From Rubripirellula sp. (GTDB lineage: Bacteria > Planctomycetota > Planctomycetia > Pirellulales > Pirellulaceae), in contig OZ244207.1 in NCBI GenBank assembly GCA_965216875.1, positions 736,001 through 800,000 on the forward strand: a stretch of DNA of 64,000 nt. Direction: 5' to 3'. Positions 10,801 to 21,400 of the stretch are shown here, piece by piece. Within the stretch, counting starts at the first letter, position 1. Each line of letters opens with the position of its first letter. The notes under the pieces were generated by a model that was not told the DNA's origin, did not search any database, and saw only the letters and a list, made by a program, of their open reading frames with translations. Position numbers and translations under genes: made by a program.

Positions 10801-13800
10801 AATGCAAACGGTTCGCTCGATGCTTCCTTTGGCGACGGGGGAATCGCCTTCACTCCGCTCGCGAACTTTGACGTTTCGTTAAGTTCGGCCGTGATCGCAC
10901 CCGACGGTTCGATCTATCTGTCAGGTAGCGCCGGAGTTGAGTGGCGATCAAACAATTCCAGTTTCTATGGCCGGGTCGTTGATCCCAATACGTCGGTTCC
11001 CGTTGCGTTCACGACTTCACATCGGACCGTTTCCGCGATTATGCGAGTGTCACCGGATGGCCAATTGGACACGACTTTCGGAAGCGGCGGTGGCATCTTG
11101 CTATCCGGTGGTGCAAGCGTTTCAACCATCGGTTTTGATCCCAGTGGAGCGACAATTCTTGTGCTCAACGGTTTCGAGCTCAAGCCCGACGCGAATACTT
11201 CGCAGTCGGTTGTTCGACTGAACCAGGATGGTTCGATCGACGATTCATTTTCGGATGACGAGTTCTTTCCGGCTGTCGAGCCGCCTGATGAGTTTCCGGG
11301 ATTTGAAGACTTCGAGATTACTGGAGTGCGAGGCGAGTCTCAGATTTCGCGACTTGTACCAACCAACGACGGTTTCGTTGCGTTGACGACCGTCTTCTTC
11401 TTCGCTGAGATCGCTGAGTTTGGGACGGAGTTTTTTGTGAGTTCCGCGACCACGGTTTCACGTCATCTTGCCGACGGTTCACTGGTCACGAGCTTTGTGA
11501 ATGACGGAGTGACACGGTTGCCCGACGAGCTTGGAGTGGCCGTGCAGTCGATCGCCGTACAACCCGACGGTCGCGTGGTGCTCGCAGGTCAGGCGCTGGG
11601 CCAACTGGCGCTGAATCGGTTGCGCCCTGACGGCCAATTCGACGCGGGCTTTGGCGGACTTGGGTTGCTGCGCGTACCCAACACAACTGTCTCGTTTGGG
11701 GCCAACGTGCAATTGATTGGCGCTACGGACGAAGCGACCACCATTTCCTACCGCGACCAAAACGATTTTACGTTGGTCGGATTGAGTTCGGGGCCATCGG
11801 TCGGTGCCGTGCGTTTGGGGCGATCAACGACAAGCATTGGTGAAGATGGCGGCTCAGTGGAACTACTTTTGCGACGTGTGTGCGGAGTCGACGGCGCGAT
11901 CTCCGTGAACGTTGCCACTTCCAACGGGACAGCGACAGGTAGTGTGGATTACACGCCGATCAACCTCACCGTTGACTTTGCCGATGGCGAGTTTGAGCAG
12001 TTGGTCTCCGTCCCGATTGTCGACAACGGGCAACTTGATGGCGACCGAGATTTCACCGTCAGCTTATCCAATCCTGTTGGCGGTGCGACGATCACAACCG
12101 TGACCACGACAACGGTGACCATCATCGACGACGAACAACCGGGGCGGATTCAATTCGTTGGCGGTCCGGTTACGGTTGACGAAACCGACGCGTTTGCAAC
12201 GGTGACGCTGGAACGGATCGACGGCGATGGTGGAACGGCTACGGTTTTGGTCACGCCAACGGGGACGGCAACCGCCGGCCAGGACTACACGTTCCAGTCA
12301 TCGGTCGTGACCTTTGCTGATGGTGACCGTTCCCAAACGCTCCAGATCCCAATCATTGATGACGATTTGGTCGAACCGTCACTTGAGTCGATTGTGCTTA
12401 CGCTTTCGGATCCTTCCGCAGCCTCTCTCGGTTTCCTGACGACGACGACGGTGACGATCGCCGACGACGATTCCGTCACACGTCCACCCGAAGGGACGTT
12501 TTCGGTTAGCGTCAATTCCGCGACGGTTGGTGAGGCCGACGGCGTTGCGACGTTCACGATCAACCGAACCAATGGCGACAGTGGACAAGTTGTCGTCAAT
12601 TATGCAATCACCTCGGACACTGCGACGCTCAATGCGGATTACCTTGGCGGCAGTGGTCAGGTCTCGTTCGCCGATGGGCAAATGACACGCACGGTTTCGG
12701 TGCCAATCATCGATGACAATACGATCGAGGGTGACGAATCCATTCTCGTTTCGATCACAACGGTCGATCAAGGTCGGATCGACTTAGACAACGCGAGTTC
12801 AACGATCACCATTTTGGATGACGACTCAGCCGGCATTATGCTTGATTTCGGTGACGCCCCCGATTCCTACAGGACACTCGCGGCAAACGATGGGCCGAGT
12901 CATGTCGTCGGCAGTGGATTGGTGTTGGGCCAATCGGTAACGTCCGACGCGGATGGAACGCCATCGGCCAGTGCAGACGGCGATTCCGATGACGACGGTG
13001 TGGTCGGTCTCGCCGCGTCTCTCACGCCTGGCCAGAGTGTGGATGTCGATGTAACCGCCTCGATTCCAGTGGGCATTGCGGGCGCGGCTGTCCAAGGCTG
13101 GATCGACTTCAATCGTGACGGTGAATTTGGCGAAAACGAACGCGTGGTCACGAACGAGTTTTACGGCATGTCAGAAACCAGAGCCCTATCGATCGCGATC
13201 CCCGAAGATGCGGAGATCGGAACCACCTATGCCAGGTTCCGAATCAGCACGCTTGGTTCTCTATCGCCCGTTGGCAATGCGCCCGATGGCGAGGTCGAGG
13301 ATTATCTGTTGACGATCGGCAATCAACCCAACACAGCGCCAACCGTCGATGCGGGCGGACCCTATGCCGTTGATGAAGGCGGCTTGCTGGCGTTGATGGC
13401 GACGGGGAATGACGCAGAAGACGGCGCTAACATTACCTATGAATGGGACTTCGATTTCGATGGTACGACCTTTGACGTCGATGCAAGTGGTCGCGACGTC
13501 AACCTCTCTCAAGTCCTGGATCCACCAAGCAGCTTTGTTGTGGCCGTGCGTGCTACCGATACCGGTGGACTTTCGACGATTGATACTGCGACTGTGACCG
13601 TCAATAACCTCGCACCAATCATCTCGTCGGATCAAGCCGAAGTGACTGCCGTCGCGAACACTCAAGCAACTGCCATGGGAAGCTTCAGCGACCCCGGTCT
13701 CGACCCGGTATTGTTGTCGGCCTCGGTTGGAACGGTCACCGGATCGGGCGGACGATACACGTGGACGGGACCAAGCAACGCGGGTGTCGTGACGATCACG

Positions 13801-15237
13801 GCGACTGATGATGACCAAGCTTCATCGACAACCAGCTTTACGGTTCGTGAAGTCGCCGAGAATACACCGCCAACGGTCGATGCGAACGGACCTTACAGCG
13901 TGAACGAAGGCGAGACGCTGGTTCTCGCGGCCAGCGGTTCGGACGCCGAGGATGGGAACCAGATTACCTACGAATGGGATCTGTCGTTTGACGGAACGTT
14001 CAATGTTGACGCGACGGGGCAAAGCGTGTCGGTGCCACAGGTGCTTGACCCACCCGATTCGTTCGTTGTCGCTGTGCGAGTGACGGACAGCGGCGCGTTG
14101 AGCGCGACGGATACAGCGACCGTGAATGTCGTGAACCTGCCGCCGACGATTTCGGCGGATCAATCAATCGTCGTCACGCAGCCTGGGACCAACGCGACGA
14201 TGAGTGGAGATTTTGCCGACCCGGGAAATGATCCGGTGACGCTTACTGCATCCATTGGCTCGGTCACCGGCAATGCCGGACGTTTCACTTGGATTGGACC
14301 AGCCGACGCTGGCACCGTGACGATCACCGCGACTGACGACGACGACGCATCGGCAACGACCACGTTCACCGCGCAGGAAGCTGTAAACAATCCACCCACG
14401 GTCGATGCCGGTGGTCCCTATTCGGTTGACGAAGGAGCTTCGGTTCAATTGACGGCCACGGGCAACGACATCGAAACCGATGCGGCGAATTTGGTTTTCG
14501 CTTGGGATCTCGACGGCGATGGTGAGTTTGACGACGCGACTGGCCGAGTGATCACGGTATCAAACGTTCAAGATCCGCCAACAAGCTTCGACGTTTCGGT
14601 GCGAGTGACGGATGGCGGCGGCATCTCGGCTACCGATACAGCAACGATTGGTGTCAACAATTTGCCGCCAACGATTCAAGCTGATCGCGTCTCGCTCGTT
14701 GCAACCGAAGGAACGCAGGTGACCGCTGGCGGTAGCTTGTCCGATCCAGGTGACGATCCTCTTCAGTTGACGGCGTCCGTCGGAACGGTCACTGGCAGCA
14801 ACGGTCGCTATGTTTGGAACGGTCCAAGTGACGCTGGTTCGGTCACCATCACCGTGACTGACGACAACGGTGCGACCGACAGCACGACGTTCACGATTCG
14901 TGAGATTCCCGTTGGCGGTGGATCGGTTCCGTGGCTTCCTGGGATTGATCCCCTCGCCGCGAGGACGGATGTCAATCGAGATGGGCGGACGTCCGCGCTC
15001 GATGCTTTGATGGTGATCAACTTCTTGGGCGCAAGCCGGTTGGCCGAAGGCGATACCGCAGGCATGCCGGTCGACGCATCGATCTATGACGTGAACGAAG
15101 ACGGTCGCGTGAGTGCGCGAGATGCGTTGGCAATCATCAATCGCATCAGTCGCCAGACGGTAGCTGAAAGCGAAGAGATTGATCGTGTGATCGGCGACGT
15201 CGAAACCTGGGTCGATGAACAAGGTCAGTTGTTCTAA
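4831..15237 (+). CDS. Giant extracellular protein A (3468 aa): Planc_extracel leader, 4 DUF5122/delta-60 propeller blocks, 8 Calx-beta, GEVED, 3 PKD-like+Ig units, dockerin-like C-terminus
   Basis: Arg-rich leader ending ELLEPRMLLA; recurring 'G.LD.SFG..G'; Calx-beta 'DY......TF.DG.....I.I.DD...E..E.F'; DFGDAPDSY..GEVEDY; PTVDAGGPY x3; DVNRDGRTSALDALMVIN / DVNEDGRVSARDALAIIN. Confidence 0.92.
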   Translation: MLAGKTRLRGRARIARKRRERLAGRRRTQRRAELLEPRMLLAAGDPDLSFGTDGIATFSVDALDTDSDVTTKVFADNSVLTVTPITAVKTLADGSPDTSYGTNGVAVSNDTVLRGKALVRDDGSYIMVGREPAIRGSDYQFYGVTANGQVDTSFGIGGEIEHDFSPRSIIFADAVFASDGGFYVLGAPGSSTQDGIYLSRYDVNGNAVTSFGEDGLLFVPSPNGRTADGEHLLLDENGNLLVVGLNRQENFNDELVYFAKATPDGALLTSFGDNGFVVTDTLADAFSNVVQLPGGDLVVTTEDRFNRTIPEDFTEIHRFDSQGGRVASFADGGTLSLGELDIRQRKFTGGLAVDSSGRILVAGDDDDTDLLFLRLTSDGQIDTTFGDFGIASNGGQSELFTTIPNIEFDSLGRIVTSSVIEVGSQDRPAVFRFENEDAVCPAQGCVQFAEQFPIVSEGTATITLVRQDGSAGAVSVRLRSLTERNIEATPNVDYTPVDTIVTFADGQTTATATIAITQDNLDEAPETILLEISEATGGAVLNNPQKARMTIQRQGLNPVELRDGFGTGGIVALPFGSSDLRIEDVFHQTDGKLVVAGTDVEDDGDFLVVRFNADGTLDESFSIDGILTADFNLEAETANAIAQQSDGALIIAGQSDFAVDAGVAQPRATLLRLLPDGSPDRSFGIGGRLVDNDLRLESYVDVLVLDDDSVITLGQVDRFDATAGATIHTLVVQKRLADGTLDATFGQGGELRFDDVESLNGGKKLASDENGTLYVLGSTEERIDTNTAFRIVRSPVLIAVSTSGVPVSGFGTGGVEVLRELGFDPLDNVFSGGLAADQDGKPVISFTQNVRDDRDFINQRAAVVRLQSDGSRDVGFGTDGIAVASHDVDIESHADDITLTPNGRIWVSGRLELDNLNEQTIGVVSFLPDGTPDPAIESIGFTNFEAGFQRGDANIITLPSGEVVIAAHANVRDDQGDFVSNITLIKVAGGEATGRVKFALGEVEVDENAGEVSLEVLRTDGTTGAGTVELSTRDGSATAANDYSLGATEIAFADGQNRATVTIQLTNDGVLEGRESFFVELVNPSNVRLGTRTETEITIVDGPGAIAFAEPVFGATENQDEKLITLARSNGTDGEVSVRVTGIGVEATAGADFVPLDEVVTFAEGQSTAQLAVRLLDDNVSEGIETISLQLSNPTGGSVLGDQVTSVFEIFDVEPFQSTTAGARDVTFGEAGASDAIREIDPAFFGATIAVANRPGGSFVVADENFRLFGILAGGEIDTTFGEGGFTFADVPAASSNAVRSEGFVVDNLGRFLLVGRRSLGLDSDIVVVRFTDDGQVDSSFGTDGIAVVDTGADDRGFSVVVDGSDRVYVAGSSGGLLSRVMVVSRLNPDGSVDDSFADSGILRLPASELMEEATAITISDDRLLIAGHTVSESDQSGTVASTSNIVVHRTSLDGVIDSGFGDAGRFEGEFEDRTGNTLQDDRVRKLIPLDGGRVLVIGSTDGEFLIARLTDSGELDTSFGFGDGYTTGAITPGGRGNVGIDFARDAIVDEKGLITVVGVSEPRDELAVVRLLENGLPDPDFGIRGARLFTQGDAARGGDAIVAAEGGGLLVSTSRGQVLKLLETTVCPPGGCVQFATLDNTVDESTQTIDIRVSRPAGRSEGVVTVDYMTVDGSAEQGTDYIANSGTLTFQDNESSKVISIEIVNDEIFESDETFFIVLDNPSGGAVLGAQFVVPVAIRNDETQVPEHFVSVTSGTFAEDAGQANIRIRTFSSIFGAERTEPIELSYTTVATGTATAGVDYTPTSGTVTIAPEDSQVFVPVPIVFDDEIEETETFRFVISAVTGATLSLSSVDIRIAHIESTTCEAGPGTPLDHFGSDGFSAVDPNPATNNDTGPIFTDVGPNGRIVQLGSLDSRQSGISVIRTLADGTPDTTFGDGGVVRLPSVQNGGTQADEIFELPRAVRQLGDGKVLVVGQASNDRVNNLFVVRLNANGSLDASFGDGGIAFTPLANFDVSLSSAVIAPDGSIYLSGSAGVEWRSNNSSFYGRVVDPNTSVPVAFTTSHRTVSAIMRVSPDGQLDTTFGSGGGILLSGGASVSTIGFDPSGATILVLNGFELKPDANTSQSVVRLNQDGSIDDSFSDDEFFPAVEPPDEFPGFEDFEITGVRGESQISRLVPTNDGFVALTTVFFFAEIAEFGTEFFVSSATTVSRHLADGSLVTSFVNDGVTRLPDELGVAVQSIAVQPDGRVVLAGQALGQLALNRLRPDGQFDAGFGGLGLLRVPNTTVSFGANVQLIGATDEATTISYRDQNDFTLVGLSSGPSVGAVRLGRSTTSIGEDGGSVELLLRRVCGVDGAISVNVATSNGTATGSVDYTPINLTVDFADGEFEQLVSVPIVDNGQLDGDRDFTVSLSNPVGGATITTVTTTTVTIIDDEQPGRIQFVGGPVTVDETDAFATVTLERIDGDGGTATVLVTPTGTATAGQDYTFQSSVVTFADGDRSQTLQIPIIDDDLVEPSLESIVLTLSDPSAASLGFLTTTTVTIADDDSVTRPPEGTFSVSVNSATVGEADGVATFTINRTNGDSGQVVVNYAITSDTATLNADYLGGSGQVSFADGQMTRTVSVPIIDDNTIEGDESILVSITTVDQGRIDLDNASSTITILDDDSAGIMLDFGDAPDSYRTLAANDGPSHVVGSGLVLGQSVTSDADGTPSASADGDSDDDGVVGLAASLTPGQSVDVDVTASIPVGIAGAAVQGWIDFNRDGEFGENERVVTNEFYGMSETRALSIAIPEDAEIGTTYARFRISTLGSLSPVGNAPDGEVEDYLLTIGNQPNTAPTVDAGGPYAVDEGGLLALMATGNDAEDGANITYEWDFDFDGTTFDVDASGRDVNLSQVLDPPSSFVVAVRATDTGGLSTIDTATVTVNNLAPIISSDQAEVTAVANTQATAMGSFSDPGLDPVLLSASVGTVTGSGGRYTWTGPSNAGVVTITATDDDQASSTTSFTVREVAENTPPTVDANGPYSVNEGETLVLAASGSDAEDGNQITYEWDLSFDGTFNVDATGQSVSVPQVLDPPDSFVVAVRVTDSGALSATDTATVNVVNLPPTISADQSIVVTQPGTNATMSGDFADPGNDPVTLTASIGSVTGNAGRFTWIGPADAGTVTITATDDDDASATTTFTAQEAVNNPPTVDAGGPYSVDEGASVQLTATGNDIETDAANLVFAWDLDGDGEFDDATGRVITVSNVQDPPTSFDVSVRVTDGGGISATDTATIGVNNLPPTIQADRVSLVATEGTQVTAGGSLSDPGDDPLQLTASVGTVTGSNGRYVWNGPSDAGSVTITVTDDNGATDSTTFTIREIPVGGGSVPWLPGIDPLAARTDVNRDGRTSALDALMVINFLGASRLAEGDTAGMPVDASIYDVNEDGRVSARDALAIINRISRQTVAESEEIDRVIGDVETWVDEQGQLF

Positions 15238-15436
15238 CGCCAGGATGGTTTGTCGTCTCGGCGGCAGCGCCCGAGCTACATCCGCCACTGCAATCCTCTT
15301 GATGACGCACCAGTGTACAGGTCGTCAGTGATCACGCCCGAGGTCCGGGAGAATTGGCATTTCGAATGCCACATTTTCGGAACCTTGGCGGCGTGATGAA
15401 TACCATGGTGCTGTCGAAATCATAGATTCCGACATC

Positions 15437-18400
15437 GTGGTCTTGGATCGAAGAAATGCATGGGTAGTGGTGATGATTGGCTCTCGACGGCAACGCGCTG
15501 GCAGTTCAACGCGTCGAAACAAACGCAATCGATTTCGGGGTGAATTGTTGGAGGCCCGGTTGCTCTTGGCGGCTGGTGATCCCGATCTCGGTTTTGCATC
15601 CGATGGTGCTGCGAGTGTGCAGGTGGAAAGTGGCCAGCACCAACTCAAACCCGTTGTCGTGGCGCAGTCTCCGGGCGATCGAACCGTTGTGGTCTACGAA
15701 ACACGGTCTGGTCTCAATACCGTCTCTTCGCGAACAACCATCGTCGCAAGATACAACGCCGACGGGACGCCTGATCCAACATTCGCCGACATCGGTTCGC
15801 GAGAAGTCATCGGACGCAATGGCAACGGCGAAGATGAAGTGGTGGTCGATGCGGTTGTCGATGACCTAGGTAACATCTATGTGCTGGGTGAGATCGAAGA
15901 TCCACGCGACGACCCGAGCGACGTGTCGATCACCAAGTTTGCACCCGATGGGACATTGTCACGTGACTTAACGCCCGGTTCGGAGTCGATCTTCTCGGGA
16001 AGCTTTTACGACTTCAGCACCGATGACAACACTGTGGTTGATCGACCCAAAGCGATTGGTCTCGATAGCGAGGATCGACTGTACGTCGCCTCCGAAAGTG
16101 GTCAAGGATCTGTCGTTGCGCGAATACTCCCCAACGGCACGGTCGACCCAACCTATGGCGTCGACGGAATTGTTTCGGTGGATCCCAATCCTGGCCAAGC
16201 CTTTTCGATAAGTGACTTGGCCGTCGATGGCGACGGGACCGTTGTTGTGATTGGCGAAGTTGCCGGCCAACCGCTCGCGACCCGACTGCTAGCGGATGGT
16301 TCGGTCGACAACGGGTTCGGCGTTAGCGGCACGCGAACCATTGCCTTACCTGGCGGCGCTTCTTCACCTCCGAAACTGCACGTGGACTCCGCTGGCCGTT
16401 TGTTGATTGGTGCGACCACTGGCGATGACTTTGCGGCAACGCGACTTTCGGCTTCGGGTGCGATCGACGCTGGATTTGGTTCCTCGGGAACTGCGGTGAT
16501 TGATGCCGGTGGAACGGACTTACTTGTCGCCATCACGACCGACGCCGCGGGACGAGTCGTCCTTGGTGGGAACACCGCAAGTGCAGGCGAACAAAATGTT
16601 GCGATCGCACGGCTGACTCCGTCGGGATCGGCAGATGCCACGGTGGGAATCGGCGGCGTTGTCGTGCGTGACCTGGGTGAAGCTGACGATGCTTTCGGAG
16701 ATCTCGTTGGGAGAGCCGACGGCACGCTCATTGCGGCTGTCGTAGCGCCGTCGATCAATGGTGAGCATGGTGATGCGAGCTTGATCGGTCTCGACACTTC
16801 ACTGCAAAACGATGTGAGTTTCGGTAGCGGCGGTACGGTCGATGTTGCGTTGTTTGGCGAAACCGACATCGTGGGTGTTTTTTCTGGACAAAGGTATCGG
16901 ACGCGTGCGCTTGCCGACGACAGCGTGATCCTGATTCACCCGCGCGGCTCGATCAAAGTGCTGTCAGACGGGACGCCCGATCCGAACTATGGTGACGACG
17001 GCGTTGCGTTTCATGGCATTGCCATTCAGTTCGGCCGTGCCATCGTTCGCGACGATGGCAGTCACATCATCGCTGGGAGTCCGAATACCTTTTCGGGGAG
17101 CTACCGATTCATCGCGGTCGATGCCAACGGCAACCTTGATGCATCGTTTGGTAGTGGTGGTGTCGCCAATGACACAGTCGATCAAGTGTTCTTTACCGAT
17201 GTGATTGAAGCGGCGGATGGCGGTTTCATCGTTTTGGGCAACACGTCCACCAGCTTGCCGCCAGCCGCGCAGGGAATGGTCATTACCAAATACGACGCGT
17301 CCGGGCAGCGGGACACGTCGTTTGGCTCGGGCGGACAATTGATCATCCAGCAACCGAGCGACGAAAACTATTCGGGACGCACCTTGTTGGCCGACCCCTC
17401 GGGTGACTTTGTGATCACAGGAACGAGTGATGACGGGTCGACAAGCGGTTCAAGGATCATCTTCGCGAGCTTTACCCCCACAGGCCAAATCAATTCTTCG
17501 TTTGGCAACAACGGGATCATCAACACCGCAACACGCGTCGAGTCGGTGGTCAGTTCGGTTCAAATCGATGATGGTGGCTACATCGTTTCGTCGTTGTTCG
17601 GCGACATCACGACGATTCATCGGTTCAACAGCATCGGTCTTGAGGATCGTACATTTGGCTTCAATGGATCGCTTTCGCTGAACGATCCTACGATCAACGC
17701 GACCGACTTTCGTGGTGAAATCAACGTCGACGGAGACGGCGGGATTCTCATTCCTTCAAACGGTCGAGCCTCGTTCGATGTTTTGCGTTTGACGGCCGAT
17801 GGCAAGATCGACCCGCTGTTTGGCGACTTTGGCGTCGCTTCAATTCCGTTGGCTGCGGAAGTGAGCACGAAGACGTTGGCGGAAATCAGTTTTGATTCTC
17901 AAGGCCGAATTGTCTCGGGCGCAGGTGTCACGCTAGGGGCACTCTTTTCGCCGCGGCCGACATTGTTCCGATTTTCCAACAGCGCGACCGATTGTGGCGT
18001 GGCGGGATGCATCCGCTTTGAAGAGCAGTTGCCGGTTGTTAGCGAAGGCGATGGTGAAGCGATAGTGACGCTGACCCGCGAAGGCGGCACGACGGGCAAC
18101 GTGAGTGTTCGGTTGCGAACATTGCGCGAGCGAGCTGTCGAAGCGTTGCCCGGCGAAGATTACACGCCGGTCGACACACGAGTCGATTTTGTGGATGGTC
18201 AACAGACCGCGACGGTCCGTATTCCGATCGTGAGCGACGACATCGATGAAGCTCCCGACACGATTCTGTTGGAGATCGATGACGCTCAGGGCGGCGCCCT
18301 CTTCGAAAACCCACAACGGGCGCGATTGACGATCGAAAGACAGGGGCCCAATCCGGTTGCGTTCGATTCAACCTTTGGCGACCGCGGGATCACCGACATC

Positions 18401-21400
18401 GACTTCGCCCAAAACTCGCCCATCGTTTCAGACATTGTTCAGCAGTCCGATGGAAAGATCGTGGTCGTCGGCTCGGATGGTTTTGGCAGCGGCGATTTCT
18501 TGACGATGCGGTTCAACGTCGACGGTTCACTCGACGATACCTTTTCGGATGACGGAATCGTTCGGACCGATTTTCAACTCGAACGCGATCTGTCTCGCGC
18601 GGTTGCGATGCAATCGGACGGCAAAATCATTGTTGCCGGTGAAAGCCAGTTCGCCGTCGACGTCGGACTGGCCGAGTCGCGATCGACCCTCATTCGTTTG
18701 CTACCCGACGGACGCATCGATCGCATGTTCGGTTCGGACGGCAATGGCCGTGTCGTCAATGATGATCTTGAACTCGAAGCGTATACCGATGTCTTGGTGT
18801 TGCCCGATGATTCGATGTTCGTCGCCAGCGAAATCAATCGTTTCGAGCAGGGCGTAGGCAACATTCGAGCCATCGTGGTGCAGAAGCTATTTGCCGACGG
18901 ATCGCTGGACGCAAGTTTCGGAAACAACGGCCAGGTGCGGATTGACGATGCCAATGCGTCGGGGACGTCCTCGAGTGGTGTCGACGGCAAACAACTGGCG
19001 GTCGATCCGTCGGGCCGTTTGATCGTTGCCGGCAGCTTCATTGAGTTGGTTGGCAATTCGTCGATCTCGCGTCCGCTTGTGATTGCGATGTCACAATCCG
19101 GGGTCCTCGATACCTCGTTCGGTGATCAGGGGCTCGCCATCTTCCGCGAATTTGGCGATGTGCGTTCGGCCGCGACCGGGATGTCGGTGGCCGAGAATGG
19201 CCAAATCTATGTTGCGGTCAACAATGACCTGACGGTGCTGAGCGTGACGCCAAACGGCCAGCTGGATACGAACTTCGACGGCGACGGAATCGCATCGATT
19301 GAAGCGTTTGCTGACGCCGTTGACACTGTCACCGACATCACCATCACGCCCAATGGTCGCATTTGGGTCTCAGGGGTTGTCGAAACTGCTTCGATCTTTG
19401 GTTCCGTCGCGGTTGCCTCTTTTCTACCTTCGGGTCGACCTGATCCAGCGATCGACGGAGTCGGGTTCAAGGTCTATCCGCGCGATAGCGGGATCTTTGA
19501 ATCAGGCGCAATGACCGTCCTGAACGGTGGCGAAGTGCTTGTCGCGGCTGCAACAAGTGTGCGTCCCGCAGACGCACCAAGTATCGACTTCGTTTCGCTG
19601 ATCAAAGTCGCGGGTGGCGACGGGGCCGGAGAGCTGAACTTCGAGTTCGGAGAGGTCGAAGTCGACGAGAACCGCGGCTTGATCGAGTTGCAGGTTTTGC
19701 GAACCGACGGTGGGCAAGGGCAGGTGAGCGTGACGTATGCAACACGCAACGGCGCGGCGCTGGCGGGGGACGATTACGTACAGCAGACCGGTGAACTGCT
19801 CTTTGTTGACGGTCAACTGTCTGCGGGGCTCACGATCCTGCTAGAAGACAACGCCGCGATCGAGGGGCCCGAAAACTTCTTTGTTGATCTTTCCAGTCCG
19901 GTCGGCGGCGCCACACTTGGCGCTACGGATTCGGTTGAGGTTACGATCGTTGACGGACCGGGGACGATTCAATTCGCGAGTCCAGTCGTCGCAGCTGCCG
20001 AAAGCCAGTTCACCAGTTCGATCACGTTGACGCGTCAGGGTGGCAGCGATGGCGAGGTCTCGGTGCGTGTTCGGTCGGTTGGTGGATCTGCCACGGTCGG
20101 CGCCGACTACGTTGCGGTCGATCAAGTGGTCACGTTTGTCGATGGCCAAACCGAAGCAAGCTTTGCGTTGGGATTGATCGACGACCCCATTACCGAAGGG
20201 ATCGAAACGATCGATCTCGAGCTCAGTCAACCGGCCGGGGGTGCGACCATTGGTTCGCAAGGCACAACGCTGGTCCGGTTGTTCGATGTCGAACCGTTTC
20301 AAGCGACAACCGCCGGTGCGCTCGACCTTTCCTTTTCCGGTGATGGGCGTGCTCGCCCAGTCACCACCCCGCCCTTCGACGAGATCTTTACCTTTGCGTC
20401 GGTCAATCCCATCGGGATGGCAAATCGCTCAGGCGGATCGTTTGTGGTTGCCGATCAGTTCTTTCGATTGACCGGCGTACGGGATGATGGCACGGTCGAC
20501 AACCGTTTCGGAACCGATGGAATTGCGAATGCCAATGTCGAATCGCTTGGCGTCGACTCGCAACGCTCGGAAGACTTTGCCGTGGATAGCCAGGGAAGGT
20601 TCGTCGTCGTGGGCCGCCGCAGCCTGGGCTTCGACGCCGATTTCGTGGTTGCAAGATTCCTCCCCAGCGGTGAATTGGACGATTCGTTTGCAAACAACGG
20701 GCTGGCCGTGCTTGACCTTGGCGGCGATGACCGAGCGTTTGCCGTTGCGATCGATGGAAACGACGGCATCTTTGTCGCTGGTTCGACCGGAGGCGTCTTC
20801 CAACGACAGATCGGAGTGGTGCACTTCAACAGTTCCGGTGATCTGAACAACAGTTTTGGAAACGCGGGCATCGTCAAGATTGATGGCCAAGAACGCTTTG
20901 AAGAAGCAACCGCGATCACAGTCGAGCCCGATGGATCGGTGTTGGTGGCAGGCCACGAGGTTCGGGAGCTGCAAGACGTCGGCGGGATTGCGGTGTCATC
21001 GGCCGACATTCTGCTTACCCGATTGAGTGCCAACGGCGCGATCGACACGTCATACGGGACAGCAGGACGTGCGATGCCCGAGTTTGTCGATCGAACCGGA
21101 AACATCACCGACGACGATCGTGTCCGCAAGCTCATTCCATTGGAAGGTGGCAAGACGTTGCTGATTGGATCGACCGACGCAGAGTTCCTTGTCGCAAGGT
21201 TCAATGGCGACGGAACACTCGATACGTCGTTTGGACGTGGCGATGGTTTTGTCACCGGCGTGCTTTCACCCGGTGGTCGTGGCGCTCAAGGTCTCGACTT
21301 TGCGTTCGATGCGATCCTTGGCATCGATGGTTCGATCACCGTGGTGGGCGAGAGTCGGACGGCATTCGGCAGTGAACAGTTGAGCGTGGCTCGTCTGACC

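Noticed and set aside
14700..15150. Recent gene conversion or a DGR template/variable repeat between the giant gene 3' ends
   Set aside because: Differences are mostly third-position and not adenine-specific, and there is no reverse transcriptase in the window.
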